64,000 nt of DNA, from positions 128,001 through 192,000 of the forward strand of contig OZ223265.1 in the NCBI GenBank assembly GCA_965140585.1. The letters are read 5' to 3'. The notes beneath the pieces are model-generated. The model searched no databases. It saw only the letters and a list, made by a program, of their open reading frames with translations, and had not been told where the DNA came from. Below are positions 62,658-64,000 of this stretch, in pieces; positions within the stretch are counted from its first letter, which is position 1, and every line of letters starts with the position of its first letter. This DNA is from Spirochaetia bacterium (GTDB lineage Bacteria; Spirochaetota; Spirochaetia; UBA9216). The position numbers and the translations under genes were made by a program.

Positions 62658-64000
62658 CTATTCGTCATCATCCATTCTTGAATCAATTATTCCTGCTTCC
62701 GACAATGTCTGCTCAAATCCGAATTTCGGCTTAAGCTGTGTACTGTCGTCACCGTCGTCATCATCCTTCTCTGCAGCTTCCATAGCAGCCTTTTCGGCTT
62801 TTCGCTGTTCAAGAATCATGGCAATCGACGCATCAAGGTTTTCGGAATTTTCGTCATAAAGACGAACATTTCTGTAAGCTCTCATTCCCGTTCCTGCAGG
62901 TATCGGATGTCCGATAACTACATTCTCCTTAAGCCCCCTGAGCTTGTCAGTACTTCCGGCTATTGCAGCATTTGTAAGAACTTTCGTTGTCTCCTGAAAG
63001 GATGCTGCCGAAAGGAAGGAATCAATATTAAGCGAAGCTCTGGTTATACCAAGAAGAAGCGGTCTTGCCACTGCGGGCTGTCCTCCCTCTCTCATAACCT
63101 TACGGTTCTCTTCATGAAATTTATATTTGTCAACCTGCTGGCCGTAGATAAAGTTAGTATCGCCAACCTGCCAGATTTCAACCTTTCGCATCATCTGACG
63201 AACAATAACACCGATATGCTTATCGTTAATTACTACACCCTGCATTCGGTAAACTTCCTGCACCTCATTAACAAGGAAGGACTGAAGTTCATTCTCACCC
63301 AGGATATCAAGAATATCATGCGGATCAATACTTCCGTCACAAAGCTGTTCTCCAGCTTCAACAAGGTCTCCATCTCTTACAAGAAGGTGTTTACCCATAG
63401 GAACAAGGTGCTTGAAGACCTTACTGTTCGCTCCGTCTTCCTTTGCAAAACTGTCTTCTATCTCAATAACACGTTTACCCTTTACAATTCCCTTAAGATG
63501 GATAATTCCACTAATCTTTGCAAGAACTGCCGGGCTCTTAGGACGTCTGGCTTCAAAAAGTTCACCAACTCTAGGAAGACCACCAGTAATATCCCTTGTT
63601 TTAACACTTTCTTTAAGAAGCTTTGCAAGAGTTTTACCTACACGTACTTTTTCACCGTCTTCAACATTAAGATATGCATTACCCGGCAGGTAATAATTTG
63701 CGATCTCCTCGCCTTCGCTATCAACAATAACCAGCATCGGCTGCAGTGTTTCAAGCATATGCTCGGTAATCTTCTTGTCAATATTTCCGGTATCCTCGTT
63801 AACCTCTTCCTTGAGGGTTGTTCCGAGAATAATATCCTGATATTTTACAGTACCTTCCACCTCAGCTATAATAGGCTCAGAGAAGGGGTCGAATATAGCG
63901 ATTGAATCTTCCGCAGCAACAACAGAACCGACACCAATCATCAGCTTTGCACCGGTCCTGATATCTATTTTCTGATCCTGTGCTATAAGGACAACCTCGG
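62658..64000 (-). CDS. rpoC: RNA polymerase beta' subunit, 3' part (runs off the window)
   Basis: [33 protein letters not shown]; the frame is open to the window end. Confidence 0.98.
   Translation of the reverse strand, partial: EVVLIAQDQKIDIRTGAKLMIGVGSVVAAEDSIAIFDPFSEPIIAEVEGTVKYQDIILGTTLKEEVNEDTGNIDKKITEHMLETLQPMLVIVDSEGEEIANYYLPGNAYLNVEDGEKVRVGKTLAKLLKESVKTRDITGGLPRVGELFEARRPKSPAVLAKISGIIHLKGIVKGKRVIEIEDSFAKEDGANSKVFKHLVPMGKHLLVRDGDLVEAGEQLCDGSIDPHDILDILGENELQSFLVNEVQEVYRMQGVVINDKHIGVIVRQMMRKVEIWQVGDTNFIYGQQVDKYKFHEENRKVMREGGQPAVARPLLLGITRASLNIDSFLSAASFQETTKVLTNAAIAGSTDKLRGLKENVVIGHPIPAGTGMRAYRNVRLYDENSENLDASIAMILEQRKAEKAAMEAAEKDDDDGDDSTQLKPKFGFEQTLSEAGIIDSRMDDDE

Noticed and set aside
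62907-63905. 332-aa plus-strand ORF
   Set aside because: Antisense shadow of rpoC

Overview
Core-genome window from a spirochete (Spirochaetales-type gene order), mostly coded on the minus strand. From the start it holds surE-galK and rpmE-rho; a bactofilin / mini-TPR / atypical response regulator / lnt / HU / rpsT cluster; an M23-bactofilin-YaaR-RicT cluster followed by an unannotated 56-aa Zn-ribbon ORF; tatD-dusB; purF-M-N-D-E; rlmB; and grpE-dnaK-dnaJ. The middle holds a large coiled-coil protein, a TPR / outer-membrane barrel / ExbB-ExbD-TonB operon, der, ptsI, a GerMN protein, tlyA-ymdB-rny and a giant acidic repeat protein. The end holds the S10-spc-alpha ribosomal cluster, tuf, rpsG, rpsL (no fusA) and the 3' end of rpoC. 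I saw no rRNA, tRNA, CRISPR array or mobile element. Best leads: the missed Zn-ribbon mini-protein, the TonB-powered TPR/barrel envelope module, two single-T frameshifts in homopolymers, and sigma28-like promoters on non-flagellar envelope genes. All calls are by eye from the sequence; no database searches were run.
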